From Fimbriimonadaceae bacterium (GTDB lineage Bacteria > Armatimonadota > Fimbriimonadia > Fimbriimonadales > Fimbriimonadaceae), in contig JAHBTE010000001.1 of NCBI GenBank assembly GCA_019638675.1, positions 278,605 through 342,604 on the forward strand: a stretch of DNA of 64,000 nucleotides. Reading direction: 5' to 3'. Numbering within the stretch: the stretch's first letter is position 1; every line of letters begins with the position of its first letter. Below the pieces are notes generated by a model. That model was not told the origin of the DNA and ran no database searches. It saw only the letters and a program-made list of their open reading frames with translations. Shown here piece after piece: positions 32,506 to 41,051 of the stretch. Position numbers and translations under genes: made by a program.

Positions 32506-33867
32506 TTGCAGGTTGCAAAGAGAATCGCAATGACTGAAATTAACGAAACTAACAAACATTCAACAACAATGGATCAATGGAATCCAGAAGATGTTGATCA
32601 ATGGGAGGCAAGCGGAAAACCACTGGCCTGGAGAACGCTATGGATTACAACGTTCTGTCTCATTCTGAGCTTTACCACGTGGTTCATGGTGAGTGCAATG
32701 GTAGTCAAATTATCTGGAATTGGATTCAAATTTGAAACCCAACAGCTTTTCTGGCTCACCGCCATGCCCGGCCTCGCCGCCGGAACCCTCCGTATAATTC
32801 ACACCTTCTTAATCCCCATCTTTGGCACCCGTAAAACGATAACTGCTTCAACAATCCTATTGCTTATCCCTGCCCTTGGATGGGGGTTTGCAGTAATGAA
32901 TCCGGCAACCTCATACACAACATTTCTCACCCTTGCATTCCTCGCCGGGCTCGGGGGCGGAAACTTCAGCTCCTTCATGCCAAGCACCTCGCTCTTCTTC
33001 CCCAAAAAGAAGCAAGGAACTGCTCTCGGTATCCAAGCGGGAATCGGGAATTTCGGTGTCAGCCTTGTCCAATTCCTGACGCCAGCCATGCTCGGGCTTG
33101 CTCTCTACGGCGGAAGCCAAACATTCGATGACAAAAACGGTACCGTCGAAATTCACCTCCAAAACGCCGCCTTTATATGGGTGCCGTTCATTATTATTGG
33201 CGCAATTGCCGCATGGTTCGGGCTCAAATCCGTCCCCGTCAAAGCGAACTTCAAACAGCAACTCGATATCTTCAAGAACCGCGATACATGGCTCATGACA
33301 TCACTATACGTGATGACATTCGGATCATTCAGTGGGTTTGCCGCCGCGTTCCCAACCATGATTGGCAAAATGTTCGGCGGATTCGAAAACGCCCCCGAAC
33401 CTCTCAAGTTTGCATTCCTTGGCCCCTTGATCGGGGCCGCAATCCGTGCCCTCGCTGGGCCTGTATGCGATAAAGTAGGCGGCGGAAAAGTCACAACATT
33501 TGCCGCCCTCGGCCTCGTTGGATGTACCTTCGCCGCGACCGCTTTTACAAACCCCACCTCAATGGCAGCGTGGCCCGGATTCCTTGGTTGTATGCTCGGC
33601 ATCTTCTTCTTCAGCGGAGTTGGAAACGCCAGTACATTTAAACAAATGCCGATGATTTTCCCGCCACGGCAAGCTGGTGGAGTCATTGGATGGACATCCG
33701 CAATCGCCGCCTACGGCCCGTTCCTATTTGCAGTCCCGATCGGAACTCTCATCGCAAAACAAGGCCATCCAACCATGTTCTTCATGATTGCAGGTTGCTT
33801 CTTTGTAATCAACCTCTTCATTAACTACTGGTTCTACGCCCGCAAAAATGCCCCGACCCCATGCTAA
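32506..33867 (+). CDS. narK: MFS nitrate/nitrite porter (NarK family, second paralogue)
   Basis: 453 aa. NNP signatures GLAAGTLRIIHTFLIPIFGTRK and GIQAGIGNFG / GVIGWTSAIAAYGPF. Confidence 0.8.
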   Translation: MQVAKRIAMTEINETNKHSTTMDQWNPEDVDQWEASGKPLAWRTLWITTFCLILSFTTWFMVSAMVVKLSGIGFKFETQQLFWLTAMPGLAAGTLRIIHTFLIPIFGTRKTITASTILLLIPALGWGFAVMNPATSYTTFLTLAFLAGLGGGNFSSFMPSTSLFFPKKKQGTALGIQAGIGNFGVSLVQFLTPAMLGLALYGGSQTFDDKNGTVEIHLQNAAFIWVPFIIIGAIAAWFGLKSVPVKANFKQQLDIFKNRDTWLMTSLYVMTFGSFSGFAAAFPTMIGKMFGGFENAPEPLKFAFLGPLIGAAIRALAGPVCDKVGGGKVTTFAALGLVGCTFAATAFTNPTSMAAWPGFLGCMLGIFFFSGVGNASTFKQMPMIFPPRQAGGVIGWTSAIAAYGPFLFAVPIGTLIAKQGHPTMFFMIAGCFFVINLFINYWFYARKNAPTPC

Positions 33868-33892
33868 AGAATCGATAGCACTCTAAACAGTA

Positions 33893-33926
33893 AGTATCCT
33901 CGACCTAAAAGCCGGGGATACTTTTT
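33893..33926 (+). terminator. Candidate intrinsic terminator after narK2
   Basis: Stem AGTATCC (33893-33899) / GGATACT (33916-33922) followed by TTTT. The loop is long (16 nt) and contains the stop of the convergent decarboxylase gene. Confidence 0.4.
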
Positions 33927-35887
33927 GACACCAACTGATTTGCTGTCCTAAACAGGTGCTCCACAAACTCTGCTAAGTAATACCGACCATGCTTTTTGGC
34001 TTGCACATACCACGGATTCATCACAACACTCCTGAGAAGAAAGACACCCTCACGCTCGTAATCCTCCGCAGTAACCCCGAGCTTTTCCAAAAAGGCCTCC
34101 AGTGCATCAGGTGCGTAGCGATTTTTTGAAAGCTGGGTTCGGCTCACAAAGAACTCTTGACTATAAACCGGCCGAGCATTGTCAATATCAATACTCAGAG
34201 CCTTGTAAATCGCTCGGTTCAATTGATTAATTGAACCGAGCGATGATACCGATTTACCTCGAAACGCAAAGCAAACAATTGTCGATGAAGGTTGACATAA
34301 TGGTACCGCAACTACATCTCCTGCTAACTCGAGCCCATTCATATGCTCAAGCAGGGCATGCAGTTCGCAAGCATCCCGAACCGTCTGTTGCATCAACCCG
34401 CCATGACCAGAGGTGTCAAGCGGAATCAACTTGTGCGACAGCCATACACTCGCCGCCGTTGCTCCCGGACGGCTCCCTTCCAGTAAATAATGCCCCACTC
34501 CCTCATCCGCAAGTATTTCACCCGGCGAAGAATGATTCTCACCAATATAAGGCGCTGACTGGTTCAACAACAACTTGATCGCCTCGTTTCGGTAGCAGAT
34601 TGCCCCTGCTGCGTAAGGAACATAACCGAGCTTATGCGGATCAATCGTCACCGAGTCCGCCTCCTGCATCGCCACTAGCGCATCACACGCTATTCCCGTC
34701 GGCAAGTTCAAAGTTAGCTCAACGTCTTCTCCGCCAATCCTCGTCGTCGTGTGCGGATCACCCAAACCAATCCGGTTCGGAGTTACCATCGAACGCAAAT
34801 ACCCACCATAAGCCGCATCGCAATGCACCCAAAACGATTGCCGACCAGCCTGCTCCCGCTTCGCTCGGATCGCCAAAATCTGGTCAATCGGATCAATCGC
34901 CCCCTCCTCCGTAGTCCCAACAATCCCGACTACCGCCAATACGTGATCCCCATCCTGCTCCACCTGATCCAGTGCCGTCTCAAGGTTCTCGGGAATCATT
35001 TTAAAGTGATGATCAACCGGAATCACAACGAGCGATTGATAGCCCAAACCAAGGAGATCCAACGCTTTCCCAACACAGTAATGATGCGCCGCGGAGATCA
35101 AAATCTTAGGCTGAGAACTAATCCGTTGCACCACCGCCCCAATCCCCACCCGAGCAACATTGAAATCAGACTTAATAATCTCCTGGCTCACATCTGCCGC
35201 CGAAAAACCTGAATTCTCTAACTCTGCATAGAGTCTGAGCAATGCGGTCAGTGTGCTTTGAGGGTTAGCCGAGAAAGGTACCGAACCAAAGGGTTCCGGA
35301 GTCATGCCATGGCGCAACCGAATCTCATTAATTGCAAACGCAAAATACTTCAATGACCTCGCCGCCCAAAGAGCTTCAAAGTTGGCCACGGTTCCACCCC
35401 CCGTCAAGTGCCCCCACCCACTTTCTTCAAACCCCAGCATTCTGCATAGCATCTGAATTGCTTCATTCTCCAGCTGAACGGTCACCGGTGCCGCCTCCGA
35501 AGAAACATTATTGGGGTTATAAAGCAGGGCCGCAATCTGCCCGGCAATGCTAGGCAACGACTGCTCGGCAATCATGTGAGCAATGTAGCGTGGACTATGG
35601 AAAGGGCAATCGCCTTTCAAGCGAGCTAACAATTCATTCAACGCATCCGAGAAATCGTCCCGAAACGGCTCACCCGCACGAAGATCCGCCGATCGCACAA
35701 TCTGGCTATCCATCGGGAAATAATTCCGCCGCCAACCATAATAATCCTCCAAAGATTGAACTATCAGCTTCTGGAACCACTCAGCATTTTCTGCCTTTGG
35801 ACCTGCAAACCAAGATGAAAGATGATTACTGTGATGTTCCATAGGATTGAGCCAAGATTTCTTGCAGTTCGTCGGGGGAGTTAGCAC
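33905..35887 (-). CDS. Group II pyridoxal-phosphate-dependent decarboxylase (tyrosine-decarboxylase-like, long form)
   Basis: 660 aa (start possibly Met 35842). GGGTVANFEALWAAR, PLP-lysine motif TIDPHKLGYVP. Confidence 0.7.
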   Translation of the reverse strand: MLTPPTNCKKSWLNPMEHHSNHLSSWFAGPKAENAEWFQKLIVQSLEDYYGWRRNYFPMDSQIVRSADLRAGEPFRDDFSDALNELLARLKGDCPFHSPRYIAHMIAEQSLPSIAGQIAALLYNPNNVSSEAAPVTVQLENEAIQMLCRMLGFEESGWGHLTGGGTVANFEALWAARSLKYFAFAINEIRLRHGMTPEPFGSVPFSANPQSTLTALLRLYAELENSGFSAADVSQEIIKSDFNVARVGIGAVVQRISSQPKILISAAHHYCVGKALDLLGLGYQSLVVIPVDHHFKMIPENLETALDQVEQDGDHVLAVVGIVGTTEEGAIDPIDQILAIRAKREQAGRQSFWVHCDAAYGGYLRSMVTPNRIGLGDPHTTTRIGGEDVELTLNLPTGIACDALVAMQEADSVTIDPHKLGYVPYAAGAICYRNEAIKLLLNQSAPYIGENHSSPGEILADEGVGHYLLEGSRPGATAASVWLSHKLIPLDTSGHGGLMQQTVRDACELHALLEHMNGLELAGDVVAVPLCQPSSTIVCFAFRGKSVSSLGSINQLNRAIYKALSIDIDNARPVYSQEFFVSRTQLSKNRYAPDALEAFLEKLGVTAEDYEREGVFLLRSVVMNPWYVQAKKHGRYYLAEFVEHLFRTANQLVSKSIPGF

Positions 35888-36425
35888 TCCGTAATGTCAG
35901 CAAGTCAATCCCAACATCCTTCAGGTCTGCCTCTGAAACATTCTTGACCCGTAAGTATTCCACCCAGGCCATTAACCTCCGTTCTCCCGACTCAACGAGC
36001 CTGCGAAGCGAATGCCAACTGCTATCCCGGTACAACCCAACAAGCGGTTGCAATCTGCCCCCAATCCTCGGCAAAATCGCATCCACATCCTCACCAATCA
36101 ATCTCCCTAAAACTCCAATAATCGCCGGATCAAACAAAGGCATATCACAACTTAAAACCATCACGGTCGGAGCACACGGTTCAAAGAGTGCCAATGCAGT
36201 CAACGGCCCAGAAAATTCCTCTCGATCCTGCAGGAATCGAGATTCACCCAAAGGTCGCCGACCAATCGTTGTCGCCACATAACCCGCCTCGTTAAGCAAA
36301 TGGATCATCCGGTCGCCCATCGACAGACCATCAACGATCAACGAAGCCTTATCCTCACCCATCCGGCGACTCGCCCCGCCCGTCAAAAGGACGACTTCGA
36401 CGTCATCCAACATAAGGCACGCCAT
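35826..36425 (-). CDS. mobA: Molybdenum cofactor guanylyltransferase MobA
   Basis: 199 aa. N-terminal LLTGGASRRMGEDKA signature. Confidence 0.8.
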   Translation of the reverse strand: MACLMLDDVEVVLLTGGASRRMGEDKASLIVDGLSMGDRMIHLLNEAGYVATTIGRRPLGESRFLQDREEFSGPLTALALFEPCAPTVMVLSCDMPLFDPAIIGVLGRLIGEDVDAILPRIGGRLQPLVGLYRDSSWHSLRRLVESGERRLMAWVEYLRVKNVSEADLKDVGIDLLTLRSANSPDELQEILAQSYGTSQ

Positions 36426-37452
36426 CTATCTCAGATGCTTGATTCAGAGCAATCAGACGCCGCTTTTCTTGCGGACTCAGGTCTTGGTGTGCCCCAAAGT
36501 CCATCCCCACCTCTTTCATGATCACAACTAAATCGTCGTGATGCATCTTCGACTGAAAAGCCTCCCCAGATCGTGGACAAACCGCCTGCTCGCCTTCCCG
36601 ACCTTCTTCCTTGTAATAAGCCACCCCAAGCTGAGCCGGCCGCTGAATCACGTGAAACAACTTCCCGAACGGCATCCACAGCAATAAGACAATGACTGTA
36701 AATGCGTGCAACATTGAAATGAATGAAAAGTGTGAACCGCCCATCAATCGGTAACTCGCCGTTATCATCAATCCCGTAACCGAAACCGCAAAGAGCAAAA
36801 ACAGTGGCATAAAATCGTTCGTAAATGTTTCTACCGACTGCGCCCCATGCTCAAACAATCGCCGGTGCATCGCCATTCCGACTCCAACCAATACGAAAAC
36901 CGCACTGAAATTCAACCCATTGAAAAACAGGAATGCGATCACGCTATCGTGCGGAAAAGACATCATCGGCCTGCCCATAAACTCAACCATGTAGTCAACG
37001 CCATTTGCGCCGACTCCAAACTGAATCCAACCCCAGCTCAGAGGGAAGGTGATCGCAAACGCAATCAAACAACCCCAAGCAAGCGCCATGTGCGCCACCC
37101 AGCGGTTCGTCCCGCGATTTGAAATAAATTTCTGAAGAATGATGTTGTCAAACACCAACTTAACAAGCCGAACCATATTCTTGACTAACTTTCCGGGCCG
37201 CAAGAACAAACGCCACCCAGCTTTGAAATAAACCCAAGTTGCCGGACGCTGAACCCAAGAAACATAACGGTAAGTAATCGCAAACGCCGCCAAAATGGTC
37301 GCCGCCGCATAAGCCGCCAAAGGCGAATCAAACCGGGTCAACCGACCGGAACCAAAGTAAATCGCACCAAGAACCGCTAAGCCCGCCAAGGTCGCCGCAA
37401 TGAACGCTGTCCGTTCAGTGTTACGTGGAAATTGATTCTCACTCATTACCAT
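36403..37452 (-). CDS. NarI/DsrM/HdrE-like membrane di-haem cytochrome b with cytoplasmic C-terminal extension
   Basis: 349 aa, about 5-6 TM. Conserved His in helices (WVAHMALAW, MAMHRRLFEHG, MLHAF) and the family-typical PFGKLFHVIQRP motif. Confidence 0.5.
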   Translation of the reverse strand: MVMSENQFPRNTERTAFIAATLAGLAVLGAIYFGSGRLTRFDSPLAAYAAATILAAFAITYRYVSWVQRPATWVYFKAGWRLFLRPGKLVKNMVRLVKLVFDNIILQKFISNRGTNRWVAHMALAWGCLIAFAITFPLSWGWIQFGVGANGVDYMVEFMGRPMMSFPHDSVIAFLFFNGLNFSAVFVLVGVGMAMHRRLFEHGAQSVETFTNDFMPLFLLFAVSVTGLMITASYRLMGGSHFSFISMLHAFTVIVLLLWMPFGKLFHVIQRPAQLGVAYYKEEGREGEQAVCPRSGEAFQSKMHHDDLVVIMKEVGMDFGAHQDLSPQEKRRLIALNQASEIDGVPYVG

Positions 37453-37762
37453 TCTCCTCCAGCAAATCTTCGATCCAAGAAAGTGCGGCCATCATGTTTG
37501 GAAACCCAATCGTCGTTGTAGTCAACAAAATCGCATGTTTGACTTCTTCCGAAGTCACTCCAGCCGCCATTGCTTTTCGCACATGGCTCCTTAATGCCCC
37601 TTCCATCCGTGCCCCCGCCGAGATTCCAATCTTAACCAACGCCATTTGTTTGGCATCAAGCGGCCCCGCATCATTGATCGCATCCCCCAGTTGACGATAC
37701 GCCGCTCCAATTTGTGGGTTGTCTTCAACAAACCGCAGAAACCTTTGAGGAGGTTGCGTCAC
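37439..37762 (-). CDS. Carboxymuconolactone decarboxylase (CMD/AhpD-like) family protein
   Basis: 107 aa. LVKIGISAGARMEGALRSHVRKAMAAGVTSEEVKHAILLTTTTIGFP is the CMD-domain helix pattern. No CxxC. Confidence 0.6.
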   Translation of the reverse strand: MTQPPQRFLRFVEDNPQIGAAYRQLGDAINDAGPLDAKQMALVKIGISAGARMEGALRSHVRKAMAAGVTSEEVKHAILLTTTTIGFPNMMAALSWIEDLLEENGNE

Positions 37763-37998
37763 AACTGCCGCTCCAGTTTTCTAACCCCGATCAGCATCCA
37801 AATGTTGACTACTAGAATGACAATGCTAAACACAGCCGCAGGGATAGCGGTCGAAGTCTTTCCCGCCAAGATCGATTCCAAAACACTGACAAACAAGTAC
37901 AACTGCAGCAACATCAAGACCGACTGAAAGATCTGCAATCCTGTCAAAACCGAACTCTTTTGCCGCCGTCGTAACCGATCAGTCTGGTTCTGTCTCAC
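37759..37998 (-). CDS. Small two-TM membrane protein
   Basis: 79 aa. Both ends overlap neighbours by 4 nt (translational coupling), which argues it is real. Confidence 0.45.
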   Translation of the reverse strand: MRQNQTDRLRRRQKSSVLTGLQIFQSVLMLLQLYLFVSVLESILAGKTSTAIPAAVFSIVILVVNIWMLIGVRKLERQL

Positions 37999-38495
37999 GA
38001 ATGCGCCTCGTGGAATTTAATCCCAATCGCCCAGATCTCTTCGCCCCTAATTTCAATTTCAATTTGAGGAATCGGATGCGGCGGCGGCCCTTGTAAAACC
38101 GATCCATCTTCTACCGAAAAAGCACCATTGTGACAAGGGCAAAACAGCCGAGAGTTTTTGACCTCATACACTACGGGGCAAGAAAGGTGAGTACACCGCC
38201 GGGCGTAAGCCACATAATTTTTATCCGGCTTCTGGATCAACAAAGCCAAGTCAGTGGCTCGTGGAAAATTGAACGGCAAAGCTGTCCCTGGTTCAATATC
38301 TGATGTCAATGCAATCAGCGTCGGCTCAAAACTTGGCCCTCTTTCTTTGACCGTACTCCAGGCCGCCAACCCCATCGAACCAACCGCGAACGCACCGCTC
38401 GCAAGCGTCCCAAACTTCAAAAACTCGCGTCGAGTCACGTAGTTGTCATCTTCCCAATCCACCGGGAAATTTGAAGTCAGTTTTGTATCCATCAA
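37995..38495 (-). CDS. Rieske [2Fe-2S] protein with twin-arginine (Tat) signal/anchor
   Basis: 166 aa. Consensus Tat motif TRREFLKFG plus hydrophobic stretch. Cluster ligands CTHLSCPV ... CPCHNGAF. Confidence 0.8.
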   Translation of the reverse strand: MMDTKLTSNFPVDWEDDNYVTRREFLKFGTLASGAFAVGSMGLAAWSTVKERGPSFEPTLIALTSDIEPGTALPFNFPRATDLALLIQKPDKNYVAYARRCTHLSCPVVYEVKNSRLFCPCHNGAFSVEDGSVLQGPPPHPIPQIEIEIRGEEIWAIGIKFHEAHS

Positions 38496-39091
38496 TCAAC
38501 CCTCGCCATTTTCAACATGTCTAATTTTTGAACTTTAGAATTCGTTTTAACTTCTAGCTGCTTCGTGCCGTGCGGCATCATCAGGTGTACTTTCGTCGTT
38601 ACTTTTGTGCCGCCAAAAATGAACTCATTAACGGGCGTGCCACTCCGTTTCTCTGCGATTTCTTCCGGGGTTGCATACATCAGCGCCTGCGAAGGACAAA
38701 CCGTTGCGCACATGGGTTTTTTGCCAACCGACGTGCGGTCATAACACATATCGCACTTAATCATCTGATCGTATGCCGCATGATATTTCGGCACTCCAAA
38801 TGGACAAGCCATAACACAATTCGAACACCCAATACAACGAGGCTTCAACGATGTATGAACAACCCCATCCGGAGTCCGTTTGATCGCATCGGCTGGACAA
38901 ACCGCAGCGCAAGCCGGATCATCGCAATGCATGCAAACAACCGGAGTTGTCTGCACAGTGTCCCCCCGCTGAATTGTCTCCAAGTGGATCATCGAAATGC
39001 CGGCATGAGTATCGCATTCTGCGCAAGCCTCAACGCACGCATTGCATCCAATACACCTGCTGGGATCTATGTAAAACTGGCGCTCACTCAC
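38492..39091 (-). CDS. 4Fe-4S polyferredoxin (DmsB/NrfC/HybA-like electron-transfer subunit), no signal peptide
   Basis: 199 aa. Four Cys groups ([44 protein letters not shown]...CATVCP). Confidence 0.8.
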   Translation of the reverse strand: MSERQFYIDPSRCIGCNACVEACAECDTHAGISMIHLETIQRGDTVQTTPVVCMHCDDPACAAVCPADAIKRTPDGVVHTSLKPRCIGCSNCVMACPFGVPKYHAAYDQMIKCDMCYDRTSVGKKPMCATVCPSQALMYATPEEIAEKRSGTPVNEFIFGGTKVTTKVHLMMPHGTKQLEVKTNSKVQKLDMLKMARVD

Positions 39092-40304
39092 ATCGGCCTC
39101 GTTTCGGCATCATTCAATTCTGCGCCTACCACCCCAACTTTCCTATGACCTACATCATATTCTTTGCACCTTTGCAACGGGATTTCGTTCCGCCAAAAAG
39201 ACATAGATCTTCAACTGAACAAATTCAAGTTGTAACTCTTCGAACAACCGTCGACAGCGTTTGATAGATGCTGAGATGGGAGATCGTTCTTGCAATCTTG
39301 ACCAGTCAATTGCCTGGAAAATATTCGCCTCGCCGACCCGAACAGTCTCTAATCGTTGCCGAGGGGCACAATATCGAAACTTCCACGCGCTCGTTCGGTT
39401 CTTTGGCTATAGTCCTTCCGAACAGGTTTTTCGGCTTGCCTTTTTCGTCCGATTAACCGCGAGATTTGCGAAGAGTCCATCCGCTCGGGCCACCACGTCC
39501 TCCTCGTTCAACGCATGAACTGCCGGAGACAACACGGAACCGCAACCCCTCAGGGCTTCCATCTGGGCCATGCCCATCGACTTCACTTCGACAATGGTTA
39601 CAGATTCCCACGGGCGCATTGCTTTCTCTGCCCATACAACCCGCATAAGTAACAAAATGCTGAAGGCCAGCTTCTTCAAAAACTGACCAACCGAACACGT
39701 AATACACTCGCGTTCTGTCAATGGGTTATGGATCCAGAGCAGGATTAACTCCGCACACCATTTGGTGTAGTCAAAAATTTTAGTCTTGCCGGGTCATCCT
39801 TCACTTGGCTTGGACAGCCACTGTAGCAGAAGTAGTGACTCTAGCTGTAGTGGCCTTGGTCACCACAGGCTTTGTTAGCATCTTCGATAACTGCGGTCAG
39901 AGTGCCTTGTTTATGGGATGGCGTCTCCACTGATTATCTATACTGGACAACGAGGAAGATGAGGAGAACAGTGATCCGCGACCGGGCTTATGGGAATCGC
40001 GGGATTAGGCGGGAGACCATGGTTGAAATGCACTATCTCTGATGAAAATCTTTATGCTGCCTTATTCGATGAACCCACATTGGCGCATTCGCCCTTTTTC
40101 TCGATTTGGCACAGCCAGTTTCCCAGCTATGTATACTACACGGTTTCAGCTGCGTAACCATGCAATTCTTGCGTCAACAAAATCTGCCTAACAAGTCAGC
40201 CGTGCTGATTTGGGTACCAAGCACCAAAGTAGACAGAATTACTCGTGCAGGCCCGAATATTCAGATCACAAAAACTTAAACGACCTCCTCCAATGAATTG
40301 GTTC

Positions 40305-40329
40305 TCGTACAACAACGCGTACAACAACC
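40305..40329 (+). repeat. GTACAACAAC-GC-GTACAACAACC motif, copy 2
   Basis: 25 nt identical to 19609-19633. Lies 105 nt upstream of the 53-bp repeat copy 2. Confidence 0.8.
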
Positions 40330-40434
40330 GCGACGGATTTCAGCGGACGCAGCTGACAAATTGGTGACATCGAATCCGCAATTTTGAACCTAAAACAGCA
40401 CTAAACATCACACCAGCGGACAGTTTCAGGAGTA

Positions 40435-40487
40435 ACTGTTAATCAGCGGGTCGTAGGTTCGAATCCTACAGCGGCAGCCACTAATTT
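40435..40487 (+). repeat. Direct repeat copy 2 (attR-like): orphan 3' half of tRNA-Asn
   Basis: 53/53 identity to 19507-19559. No matching 5' half (no D arm or acceptor 5' strand) upstream, so it is not a functional tRNA. Confidence 0.9.
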
Positions 40488-41051
40488 TGAACCTAATTTC
40501 TTGTTTATTCGCCAATACATTAGCCCAATTCTTGGGTTTATACAACAACCTCAATAAAACATTAGATTTCCCACCACGTTGCAGTAATCTTGCCCGGCAA
40601 GGACTTTGGATTAAAGAGCGGAATAACCTGGGAGTCACCCAGTGCACTCTTCGCAAGTTATTTGACATGAAAATTGCCCTTAAGTGACACATCAGAAAGC
40701 CATATTATTGCCGGAATGCATCGCGTTATCCTTATCAGCATCATCGCTCTAGCTCTGGTCATTGCCAGTCGCTCATAACCCGTATCGAAGGAACCGACAA
40801 GCGATTCAACGCAGTCCTCTAGCTCGTCTGCCACCACCGAATCCTCGGACTAATCAACCGCTGAGTTCGAAATGGGCATTGCTGAGGTAAAAAAATCTAA
40901 CGTGCCCCCAAAGATAGAGCCCTTGAGCAAGACGAAGGCGGCGCAGGAATTGACATATGGAAGTACGATGACGGCGATGTGCGGTTTAACAACGGTAAAG
41001 TAAAAGAGTAATAGCGTAATTCACACGTCTCACGTCGTCCTTAAGCACAAA

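Larger units (their letters stand above)
19553..40487. mobile_element. Putative tRNA-Asn-associated genomic island A (about 20.9 kb; nitrate assimilation / Moco cargo; no intact integrase)
   Basis: Bounded by the intact tRNA-Asn and a perfect 53-bp direct repeat of its 3' half. Gene fragments sit at the left end and an ORF-free stretch at the right end. Confidence 0.55.

Noticed and set aside
39940-40030. Possible RNase P RNA, because GACCGGGCTTATGGG resembles the conserved 3' ACCCGGCUUAUCGG element
   Set aside because: The obligatory GGAAAGTCCGGGC (P4) element and other universally conserved regions are absent on either strand nearby. The resemblance is a short chance match.
40716-40775. 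19-codon hydrophobic mini-ORF (MHRVILISIIALALVIASRS) in the island junction
   Set aside because: There is no ribosome-binding site or conservation evidence, and ORFs of this length arise by chance.
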